64,000 nt of DNA. It comes from Escherichia phage vB_EcoP_SP5M. Below, one piece after another: positions 1 to 7,536 of this stretch. A program made the position numbers and the translations under genes. Every line of letters starts with the position of its first letter. The stretch's first letter is position 1. The notes beneath the pieces are model-generated. The model did not search any database, was not told the origin of the DNA, and saw nothing but the letters and a program-made list of their open reading frames with translations. The stretch lies in the sequence record NC_070869.1; one strand, written 5' to 3'.

Positions 1-497
1 TAGCAGGTGGTAAAACTCCATTTACTTATAAATGGCAATTCAAAGCTAATACTGCTGGTGCAGCATTCGCTGATATTGGTTCAGGTAGTAATGCATCAGC
101 TGCTACTGCAACGCTGACTCTTAAAGGCGTAACAGCTGCTTCTGCTGGTACTTATAAAGTGATTGTTACTGATGCTAATGGAACCACGGTAGAAGATACC
201 TCGTTGCTGGCTGTAGGTTATTACGAAGCAAGCTCACTGGTAGCTACTCCTGCTTCACTGGCTTTATCTGTTGCTACTGATACTGCTAAAGGTAAGACTG
301 TAACCATCGCTGCTATGCCTGTTGGTTCTTCTGCTGGTACTTTGTCTATCAAGACTGCTCCGGATTCCGGTCGTGCTACAGCTACCATTTCTGGTAACGT
401 ACTGACGGTTAAACCAGTGGCTGCTGGTAAAGCTACTTCTGTAGTAGTTACCAATGGTACTGTCGATGTAACCATCGCTATTACTGTTGCAGCTTAA
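1..497 (+). CDS. Ig-like domain protein, 5' partial (possible capsid decoration protein)
   Basis: Frame open from window edge (codons from position 3) to TAA at 495-497; Thr/Ala/Val-rich beta-strand repeats with Ig-like signature (AGTYKV); strong terminator follows. Confidence 0.5.
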   Translation, partial: AGGKTPFTYKWQFKANTAGAAFADIGSGSNASAATATLTLKGVTAASAGTYKVIVTDANGTTVEDTSLLAVGYYEASSLVATPASLALSVATDTAKGKTVTIAAMPVGSSAGTLSIKTAPDSGRATATISGNVLTVKPVAAGKATSVVVTNGTVDVTIAITVAA

Positions 498-547
498 GGG
501 TATTCTTTGTTTGGGGTTGTAAACCCTGATGTAATACCCTCAAGTTT

Positions 548-584
548 GACCTCCCTAATAAAGGGAGGTCTTTTTTTTTTTTTT
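548..584 (+). terminator. Rho-independent terminator
   Basis: 9-bp GC-rich stem GACCTCCCT/AGGGAGGTC with AATA loop followed by 14 consecutive T. Confidence 0.9.
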
Positions 585-609
585 GACTTAAATAAACTGG
601 AGCCAGGAA

Positions 610-798
610 ATGTATAAAGAGATTGCATTCTTCTCGTTCTTGCTAGGTGGTTTAATAGGTGCAGGATTTGTAGCTATTTCTAATACCTACTTTGGTTCTA
701 CTCCAAATTCTGTAACACAAACCCTCAAGCATGAATGTGAATTGAATATCCCTCGTAATCAAAGCTGCGTAATGCAGTTCGTACCGGAGAAGAAATGA
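610..798 (+). CDS. hypothetical small membrane protein
   Basis: ATG with GGAG upstream; N-terminal hydrophobic segment FFSFLLGGLIGAGFVAI. Confidence 0.5.
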   Translation: MYKEIAFFSFLLGGLIGAGFVAISNTYFGSTPNSVTQTLKHECELNIPRNQSCVMQFVPEKK

Positions 799-980
799 AA
801 CTTACCCAGTCCCAAGCAATTTTCCTTCGCATGGTTCAAGGTGGTTCTGCCACCAGCAACCGTAATAACAAAACCGCACAGTCTCTTAAGAAGCTGGGCT
901 TAGTACAGTTCAATGCTGGTCTTGGGTGGTCATTAACCCCTACCGGATTACTTCAACTCAACGAATTAAAAGGTAACTAA
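795..980 (+). CDS. hypothetical protein
   Basis: ATG overlapping upstream stop (ATGA); 61 codons, compact operon spacing. Confidence 0.45.
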   Translation: MKLTQSQAIFLRMVQGGSATSNRNNKTAQSLKKLGLVQFNAGLGWSLTPTGLLQLNELKGN

Positions 981-1307
981 ATGAAAACTTTAATTGCTGT
1001 TGTTCTTGTAGCTTTATCAGTTCTGTCATTCGGTGCTCAAGCATCCAGTCGTGCAACTCTATTGGAAGCTGCTGCTGATTACAAAGCCAATAATGCAAAC
1101 TTTGTGAACCAGGGTTACTTCATGGGCATGGTTACTATGGGTGTGGAAGCAGGAAAGAATTGTGTACCTGACGATATGAAGTTAGGACACATTTTTGACA
1201 GAGTGGCATCTATTATTCTGTATGACCGAAAGGTAAATGCAGTAAAAGTACCGTCAGACATGGTTCTGTTAGCGATTGATACAGCATATCCCTGCGTTAA
1301 ATCTTAA
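981..1307 (+). CDS. hypothetical secreted protein with signal peptide
   Basis: ATG immediately after upstream stop; N-terminus MKTLIAVVLVALSVLSFGAQA resembles a Sec signal peptide. Confidence 0.55.
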   Translation: MKTLIAVVLVALSVLSFGAQASSRATLLEAAADYKANNANFVNQGYFMGMVTMGVEAGKNCVPDDMKLGHIFDRVASIILYDRKVNAVKVPSDMVLLAIDTAYPCVKS

Positions 1308-1341
1308 TTAGTAATTCCATTAACTTTAGGAGAGTAAGTAA

Positions 1342-2394
1342 ATGGAGAGCATTGACTCCTTGACTGTATGTAATACACGCCAAGCCCGTAACTTTATTAT
1401 CCGTGCTTTACAAGCAGGTAACGTGCCGTTCCTGACTTCATCACCTGGCATGGGTAAGTCTGCAATTATTCGTTCTGTTGCAGAAGAATTTGGCATGAAG
1501 CTGATTGACCATCGTCTGTCTACTTCTGCCCCAGAAGACTTGTCTGGTCTACCATTCCGTAATGGTGATCGTGCAGAGTTTATCCCTTTCGCTGACTTAT
1601 TCCCTATCGAGGGGGACAAAGTACCGGAAGGTTATAATGGCTGGCTCCTGTTCCTTGATGAGTTCAACTCAGCTAAGAAAGAAGTAGTAGCTGCTGCATA
1701 CAAACTGATTCTCGACCGTATGACTGGACAGAAGAGACTTCACCCCAATGTGATGATTATCTGTGCCGGTAACAAAGCTACTGACCGTGCCATCGTTAAC
1801 CCTCTGGGTACTGCAATGCAGTCCCGTGTTGTCCACTTCGAAATGGAACTTAACTTCGATATCTTTGTTGAAGACGTAATGATTCCTCAAGAATGGGATG
1901 AGCGTCTGGTTGCATTCTTACATGCTAACCCTGGCTATCTGCACGACTTCGACCCTGCCCATAAGAACAAGACATTCTGTTGTCCTCGTACTTGGGACTT
2001 TGTTAACAAAGACCTCAAGAACCGACCAGAAGGTGCTCTGCCTGATGAAGATTCTATCTACTATGCAGGCCACGTTACTGCCGGTAAAGCTACAGAATTT
2101 GTTCAGTTCACTCAGGTATACAATCGTATGATTACGATTGAGAAGGTAGTTAAAGACCCTTTGGGCTGTGCACTGCCGGAAGATAATAACCTGTGCTGGG
2201 CTACCGTTAACCATCTGGCTAACAAGACTACTGAAGATAACTTCTCTGATGTACTTCAGTATATTGAACGCTTTAAAACGTTCACCCATAAGATTCTGTA
2301 CTTCCGTACAGTAGGTAAAGCATTACCAGAAATTCAGGCTACCCCTGAATGGCGTAAGGCTGCTGCCAATATCTCTCGTTACATTCACGGATAA
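1342..2394 (+). CDS. AAA+ ATPase (MoxR-like)
   Basis: RBS AGGAGAG; Walker A SSPGMGKSAI and Walker B LLFLDEFN; directly precedes a vWA-domain gene (typical AAA/vWA pair). Confidence 0.7.
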   Translation: MESIDSLTVCNTRQARNFIIRALQAGNVPFLTSSPGMGKSAIIRSVAEEFGMKLIDHRLSTSAPEDLSGLPFRNGDRAEFIPFADLFPIEGDKVPEGYNGWLLFLDEFNSAKKEVVAAAYKLILDRMTGQKRLHPNVMIICAGNKATDRAIVNPLGTAMQSRVVHFEMELNFDIFVEDVMIPQEWDERLVAFLHANPGYLHDFDPAHKNKTFCCPRTWDFVNKDLKNRPEGALPDEDSIYYAGHVTAGKATEFVQFTQVYNRMITIEKVVKDPLGCALPEDNNLCWATVNHLANKTTEDNFSDVLQYIERFKTFTHKILYFRTVGKALPEIQATPEWRKAAANISRYIHG

Positions 2395-2401
2395 TCACAA
2401 C

Positions 2402-3577
2402 ATGAACCAGATACCTCAGCACACACTTAGTGATGAACAACTCATGCGTGAGTATGACCGTATTCAGGCCCAAGCCTTTCTAGGCAAGTCTGCTGCGTTT
2501 TTTGGTTCATTGCTGTGTAGTCTTAAATTCTCATGGAATCGGGAGGATTGTCCCACTGCATGTACTGATGGGATAGAACTCCATTTCAACCCAGACTTCT
2601 TTATCTGGATGTGCCCTGATGCAAGAGAAACAGTGCTAATGCACGAACTCTGGCATGTGGCATATCTCCATGGCATCCGTTGTGGAAGCCGTGACCCGGA
2701 AGTCTGGAACCAGGCATGTGACCACTTCATTAACCTTCAGTTAGAGGAAGATGGTTACAAATTCACTGGTATCGACAAAGGCATTTGCAAAGACCCTCAA
2801 TATAAAGGATGGGTTGAAGAAGACATCTACGATGACCTGATGAAGAACCCTCAGAAAAGGCAGAAGCCGTCAGGGGGTGCTGGAGCAGGTCTTGCTGGCG
2901 ACATGAAAGCTCCCTCTTCGGGGCAGTCCCAGGGTGCTGTTGTCAACAACGTAGTACGTGCAATGCAAAGCCAGAAGATGGCTGGTGGAATGATGCCCGG
3001 TAAAGGTGCTGGTCGTATGGAAGAGGTTATTACCCAATTCCTTAAACCAGTGGTTCCTTGGCAAGAAGTCCTGCTGAACTTCTTTACCGACATTGATGAC
3101 ACACACTATACGTGGGCCAGACCTAACCGTCGTTTCACTGATATCCATCTACCTTCTCTGGAAGATGATGAGGGTCGTTTACGGCACTTAGCTTACTTTG
3201 AGGATGTATCTGGTTCTATTAGTAGTGCTGACTCTCTGCGTTTTAACTCAGAGGTTGCCTACGTTAAGAGCCAGTTCAATCCTAAGAAGATGACCCTTAT
3301 TACCTTCGACGATATTATCCAAGAAGAGATAGACATCACTGAAGAAGATACTTTTGAAGAGATTAAGATTACTGGTCGTGGTGGTACAAACCTTGAACCA
3401 GTGCGTGATTGGATTATTAAGAATAAGCCAACCGCTGCAATCATATTCTCCGATATGTATGTTCGTCCAATGGAAGAATTACCATTTGATATCCCTATCA
3501 TCTGGTGTGTTCTGAATAATCCCAATGCTACCGTACCTTTTGGGGAGGTAGTTCATATCCCTAAAGGAATGAAATAA
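2402..3577 (+). CDS. vWA-domain protein with N-terminal HExxH metallopeptidase-like motif
   Basis: HELWH motif near N-terminus; MIDAS-like DVSGS and downstream GGTNL / FSDMY elements consistent with von Willebrand A fold. Confidence 0.6.
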   Translation: MNQIPQHTLSDEQLMREYDRIQAQAFLGKSAAFFGSLLCSLKFSWNREDCPTACTDGIELHFNPDFFIWMCPDARETVLMHELWHVAYLHGIRCGSRDPEVWNQACDHFINLQLEEDGYKFTGIDKGICKDPQYKGWVEEDIYDDLMKNPQKRQKPSGGAGAGLAGDMKAPSSGQSQGAVVNNVVRAMQSQKMAGGMMPGKGAGRMEEVITQFLKPVVPWQEVLLNFFTDIDDTHYTWARPNRRFTDIHLPSLEDDEGRLRHLAYFEDVSGSISSADSLRFNSEVAYVKSQFNPKKMTLITFDDIIQEEIDITEEDTFEEIKITGRGGTNLEPVRDWIIKNKPTAAIIFSDMYVRPMEELPFDIPIIWCVLNNPNATVPFGEVVHIPKGMK

Positions 3578-4083
3578 TGGTTGTTAATGGTAATTCTCTA
3601 TACCGTTCATCTCAATTACTGGACATCCCAGACCGTAAGGTATCCGAGCACGGTGTAAGCTATGGATTAGGTGAAGCTGGTTACGATATCCGTATCAAAC
3701 AAGATATCACCTTCTATCGCTTATTTGGGTTGATTCCAATGGTGAAAATCATTGATGGTGAGACGGTAACTCGTCGCTTCGGCAAGTTCGCATTGGCTTC
3801 GGCAATTGAGAAGTTCAACATGTCTAAGTACTGCGTAGCTATCGTTCACGATAAGTCTACCTGGGCAAGGCGTGCATTATCAGTGTTCAATACCGTAATA
3901 GAACCAGGATGGAAAGGGTATCTTACCCTCGAACTGGTTTATCATGGTCGTAAGAAACTGCATATCCCGGCTGGTGCTGGGATAGCTCAAGTATTATTTC
4001 ATCTGGTTCAGGAGCCTGCTAATTACAATGGCAAGTATCAGAACCAGGAAAACAAACCAGTAGCTGCAAGAAGCAGTAAATAA
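3577..4083 (+). CDS. dCTP deaminase / dUTPase-superfamily protein
   Basis: GEAGYDIR and EPGWKGYLTLEL motifs resemble dCTP deaminase family signatures; ATG overlaps upstream stop. Confidence 0.5.
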   Translation: MVVNGNSLYRSSQLLDIPDRKVSEHGVSYGLGEAGYDIRIKQDITFYRLFGLIPMVKIIDGETVTRRFGKFALASAIEKFNMSKYCVAIVHDKSTWARRALSVFNTVIEPGWKGYLTLELVYHGRKKLHIPAGAGIAQVLFHLVQEPANYNGKYQNQENKPVAARSSK

Positions 4084-4092
4084 GGAAACAAC

Positions 4093-4302
4093 ATGTCAGT
4101 ATTTCAAGTAACTCATGCAACCTCAGATGTACGCTTAACCATTAATGCTGCAAATGTAATTGCAGTAGAACAGATTCCACTGTCTGACTGTGCACGCGTC
4201 ATATTTGTAGATAATAACTATATAGAAACCAAAGAAACTTATCGTTCAGTACGCAATTACCTGAAAAAAGCTCTTGCTCCTGCAAGCAAAGATGCTGAGT
4301 AA
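4093..4302 (+). CDS. hypothetical protein
   Basis: ATG with AAGGAAA RBS; 69 codons. Confidence 0.4.
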   Translation: MSVFQVTHATSDVRLTINAANVIAVEQIPLSDCARVIFVDNNYIETKETYRSVRNYLKKALAPASKDAE

Positions 4303-4375
4303 GTAGCTGCCTAAATAGCCCGGCATAGTTGGGCTATTTGTGAAGAAACTAACTAAACCTCACATAGGAACCATC

Positions 4376-4618
4376 ATGGAATCTTTAGCAGCAATCCTTG
4401 TTTTCTTATTCATATTAGCTGTATACCTTATCCCTACTATCATTGCTTTTTCACGAGGCCATGCCTCTAAGTGGGGCATTGGTGTGCTTAATATCGTATT
4501 AGGCTGGTCTTTAGTCTTCTGGGTAGTAGCACTGATTTGGTCACTGTCCAACAAAGGTCAGAACCAGGTTACGAATGTAACTGTCGTCCAAACCAATGGT
4601 GGCAGTAAAGCAGAGTAA
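4376..4618 (+). CDS. small membrane protein, superinfection-immunity (Imm)-like
   Basis: Start moved to ATG 4376 (track start 4340 is GTG); two hydrophobic helices, GxGxLNIVLGWSLVFWVVALIWSL resembles the Imm_superinfect-type motif. Confidence 0.45.
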   Translation: MESLAAILVFLFILAVYLIPTIIAFSRGHASKWGIGVLNIVLGWSLVFWVVALIWSLSNKGQNQVTNVTVVQTNGGSKAE

Positions 4619-4693
4619 CTAATCTAAGCATCATTACATAGTGGTGCTTGTGGAAGTTGCTTCCAGCTCATTGCTTATCCATCTCCTAACCCA

Positions 4694-4723
4694 AGCCCAC
4701 CTAACCCGTGGGCTTTTTTATTT
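4694..4723 (+). terminator. Rho-independent terminator
   Basis: Stem AGCCCAC/GTGGGCT followed by TTTTTTATTT. Confidence 0.8.
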
Positions 4724-4735
4724 ACAGGTACTCTT

Positions 4736-5125
4736 ATGTCAAACAGACGAAACGGTAAGTCTATCTTTCAAGGAATGGACTTCGGTAAGCTGGAACAAAC
4801 TGCAATGCTTACTCTAGGTAAAACTATGCACGACCTGGTGGAAAAGAATGGAATTAACTCTGATGTTTATGCAGCAATGCAGGTTCTTATTCAGAAAGGC
4901 TGGACTACTAGTAGACCTTTTAACACCACTTCATATATTCCACCAGAACCACATCTGAAATCTAAGGTAGACCGAATCATAGATAAGTTCTGGCTTAGTC
5001 CGTGTTATGGCGACATGCACCTTTACCTGGCTCAAATACAAAAAAATCCATATACCAAAGATGTATTCAAAGGCAAGAGCACTACCCATCATTACCCCTG
5101 GTATAAAAGAGGTAGTAAATACTAA
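4736..5125 (+). CDS. hypothetical protein
   Basis: ATG start, 129 codons, follows terminator. Confidence 0.5.
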   Translation: MSNRRNGKSIFQGMDFGKLEQTAMLTLGKTMHDLVEKNGINSDVYAAMQVLIQKGWTTSRPFNTTSYIPPEPHLKSKVDRIIDKFWLSPCYGDMHLYLAQIQKNPYTKDVFKGKSTTHHYPWYKRGSKY

Positions 5126-5568
5126 TGCGTATCCCATTCCTAAGAAAAAGGGAACGAAATCCCGTTCTTTATAATAAAGGCATAGAGGATGAGTACGAAC
5201 TCAACCGTAAAGCCCGTTCCTACGCAACAAAATTATTCATGGGGACCAATACCCCTGATAGATTACTGGACTTTGTTTTCGAACAAGTCTTTATCATATA
5301 CAGCTTAGCTATGTCTGCTGGTTCACAAGAAGTAAGTGATAAGGCAAGAGATGCTCTCTGTATGCTCCGTAAAGAGTATGAAGACTTTCTGTATGAAGAC
5401 TTGTACTCCTTTAAAAAAGAAACCGCTGTAGCGTGTTCTGTGGCTCTTACTGAAGGTATAGCAGTATTACAGGAACTACCACGTAGTGAGTTTAAGCTGG
5501 TATATGTTCAGGCCAAGAAGATTACAGAAAGCCGTAGTGGTATCACCAACTATCTAAGGTCATTCTAA
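5125..5568 (+). CDS. hypothetical protein
   Basis: ATG overlapping upstream stop; 147 codons. Confidence 0.5.
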   Translation: MRIPFLRKRERNPVLYNKGIEDEYELNRKARSYATKLFMGTNTPDRLLDFVFEQVFIIYSLAMSAGSQEVSDKARDALCMLRKEYEDFLYEDLYSFKKETAVACSVALTEGIAVLQELPRSEFKLVYVQAKKITESRSGITNYLRSF

Positions 5569-6512
5569 TGATTAAGGCAACTGTCATTGCAGATTCCGTT
5601 CATCATGCAACGGGTACTCGTATTACTACCTTTGAATTGGTTTATCCCCGATTCATTCACAGTGAGTTTATGACCCACCGTGTATTCAACCGCAATGCTT
5701 CAAGTAGTCGTGCTATCCCTACTTCTAAGTTAATCGAACAGGTTCGTAATGAACCAGTGATGCCGAGTCACTGGGGTAAGAACCAGAAAGGTATGCAAGC
5801 AGATGAAGAACTCACTCCTATGGAGATTGAGGATGCTAAGTTTATCTGGGATAACGCTGCATCTGCTGCTGCTGTATATGCTGAACAACTGCGTCGTGGG
5901 CAGGTACATAAGCAAATCGTTAACCGTATTCTGGAACCATTCACACATATCCGTGTAGTAGTAACTTCAACTAGTTGGGCTAATTTCTATGGACTACGTG
6001 ACCACAAAGATGCACAACCAGAGATTCGTGAACTGGCTCAGGCAATGCGTAAGGCACATGAAGAAAGTACTCCAAGAGCATTACCACAAGGGGAATGGCA
6101 TTTACCGTATATTGCTCATATTGACCGTGTCGGGGCTTATAATTACTGCAAACATCAGCGAATTACTCGTGATGAGCCAAGTAGTGAAGAAGTGTATGGC
6201 TTACTTCTTAAAGTAAGTGCTGCTCGTTGTGCTCGTGCTTCTTATAACAACTTCGAGGGGCGACCTTCTACTATTGAAGAAGACTTAGGATTGTTTGCTA
6301 AGTTAGTTGAGAACCAGCCTATTCATGCATCCCCTACAGAACACCAAGCAACTCCTATGCTGTTCGGTGATAAGTTCATTAACAACCAGAACCCATTAAC
6401 CTGGGAACAGGGTGTTACTTCAATGAATCGCGAAGGTAAGCTGTATTCAGGCAACTTACTGGATTTTATCCAATTCCGTAAACTAATCCCCGGAGAAACA
6501 ATTACAGAATGA
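5568..6512 (+). CDS. thyX: flavin-dependent thymidylate synthase (ThyX)-like
   Basis: Segment THRVFNRNASSSRA matches ThyX signature RHR-x7-S-x-R (H, R, N, S, R conserved, first R replaced by T); size 314 aa. Confidence 0.55.
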   Translation: MIKATVIADSVHHATGTRITTFELVYPRFIHSEFMTHRVFNRNASSSRAIPTSKLIEQVRNEPVMPSHWGKNQKGMQADEELTPMEIEDAKFIWDNAASAAAVYAEQLRRGQVHKQIVNRILEPFTHIRVVVTSTSWANFYGLRDHKDAQPEIRELAQAMRKAHEESTPRALPQGEWHLPYIAHIDRVGAYNYCKHQRITRDEPSSEEVYGLLLKVSAARCARASYNNFEGRPSTIEEDLGLFAKLVENQPIHASPTEHQATPMLFGDKFINNQNPLTWEQGVTSMNREGKLYSGNLLDFIQFRKLIPGETITE

Positions 6513-6745
6513 AGCGTCTAGCTATTCAAGCTCTGTTTATAAGTATCATCCTGGTTCTGGAATTTGTATTTGCACTGCATGGTGCACAGAGCCTGGAAGA
6601 GATGTTCTTCGTAGTAGCCCGTTTCTCTGCATGTGTTCTTGGCTTATGGTGTGTGTATTACTATGCACGCGATTATGTAGCCATTAAGGAACGCGATGAT
6701 GCTGAGAAGCGTCTACGACAATTCGTAGAACAGAATCGTAAGTAA
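6509..6745 (+). CDS. hypothetical membrane protein
   Basis: Two hydrophobic segments (LFISIILVLEFVFAL, SACVLGLWCVYYYA); ATG overlaps upstream stop. Confidence 0.45.
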   Translation: MKRLAIQALFISIILVLEFVFALHGAQSLEEMFFVVARFSACVLGLWCVYYYARDYVAIKERDDAEKRLRQFVEQNRK

Positions 6746-6750
6746 ACCTA

Positions 6751-6777
6751 AGACCTCCTTCGGGAGGTCTTTTTTTG
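6751..6777 (+). terminator. Rho-independent terminator
   Basis: Stem AGACCTCC/GGAGGTCT, loop TTCG, then TTTTTTT. Confidence 0.9.
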
Positions 6778-6805
6778 GTTTCAATTAACTCTTTTAGGAG
6801 GGCAT

Positions 6806-7018
6806 ATGCCTGCTAAATACCGTATCAAAGACACTCCACTAATGTGTGAGGGTGAGAAAGGTGACATTGTATATGCCTGTATCCAAGACGATTTCAATGC
6901 TGCTTTGATGTTAACTCAAATGACAAACACACTGCATGTATCAGTAACACTGGATCCTACCGGTGACTATCCATGCTTCCCTATCCCTGCCCACAACCTG
7001 GAGCAAATCCATGATTAA
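6806..7018 (+). CDS. hypothetical protein
   Basis: ATG with AGGAGGG RBS. Confidence 0.45.
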   Translation: MPAKYRIKDTPLMCEGEKGDIVYACIQDDFNAALMLTQMTNTLHVSVTLDPTGDYPCFPIPAHNLEQIHD

Positions 7019-7325
7019 TCCTGAAGTTATTCATAGTAAAACTGGTAAGGCTGTTCCACTTAGTGATATTGCAGTTACCGGTGATATTGCTGCTTGTCCA
7101 GCTAACATCGCTTCACTGTGTATGTGCATTGCTGCGCTGGCAGAGGAACGTAAATTATGGCTGGAACCAAGCAAAGAGATGGTACTGGCTGGTATGTCTG
7201 AACTGAATGCACTTCTGAAAGAAATGTATGACGAGGATGGTCAATTAGTTGAGCCAACCGATGATCAGATTTCGGGTGCTGTAGTATTTATCCTTCAAGC
7301 AATGGCAGGTAAACGCAATGGCTAA
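7011..7325 (+). CDS. hypothetical protein
   Basis: Start moved to ATG 7011 (GGAG upstream; overlaps upstream stop) rather than track start 6963. Confidence 0.45.
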   Translation: MINPEVIHSKTGKAVPLSDIAVTGDIAACPANIASLCMCIAALAEERKLWLEPSKEMVLAGMSELNALLKEMYDEDGQLVEPTDDQISGAVVFILQAMAGKRNG

Positions 7326-7509
7326 TGTAAATATCGCTTCAGAGAAAACGTATAGCATTCAAATTAATGGCTTAACCGAATATCAGGTCTTATTCCTAAT
7401 GAATGCTTTTCAAAACAGTCCAGTGGGTCACCACCCTAATGATGAACCACTGGAAGAAGCTGAACTACGTAAAGCTATTTTCGATAAGTGTAAACAAGTA
7501 CTACTTTAA
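7318..7509 (+). CDS. hypothetical protein
   Basis: ATG overlapping upstream stop; 63 codons. Confidence 0.4.
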   Translation: MANVNIASEKTYSIQINGLTEYQVLFLMNAFQNSPVGHHPNDEPLEEAELRKAIFDKCKQVLL

Positions 7510-7536
7510 GCAACATTTAAACTGGAGAGTAAATAA

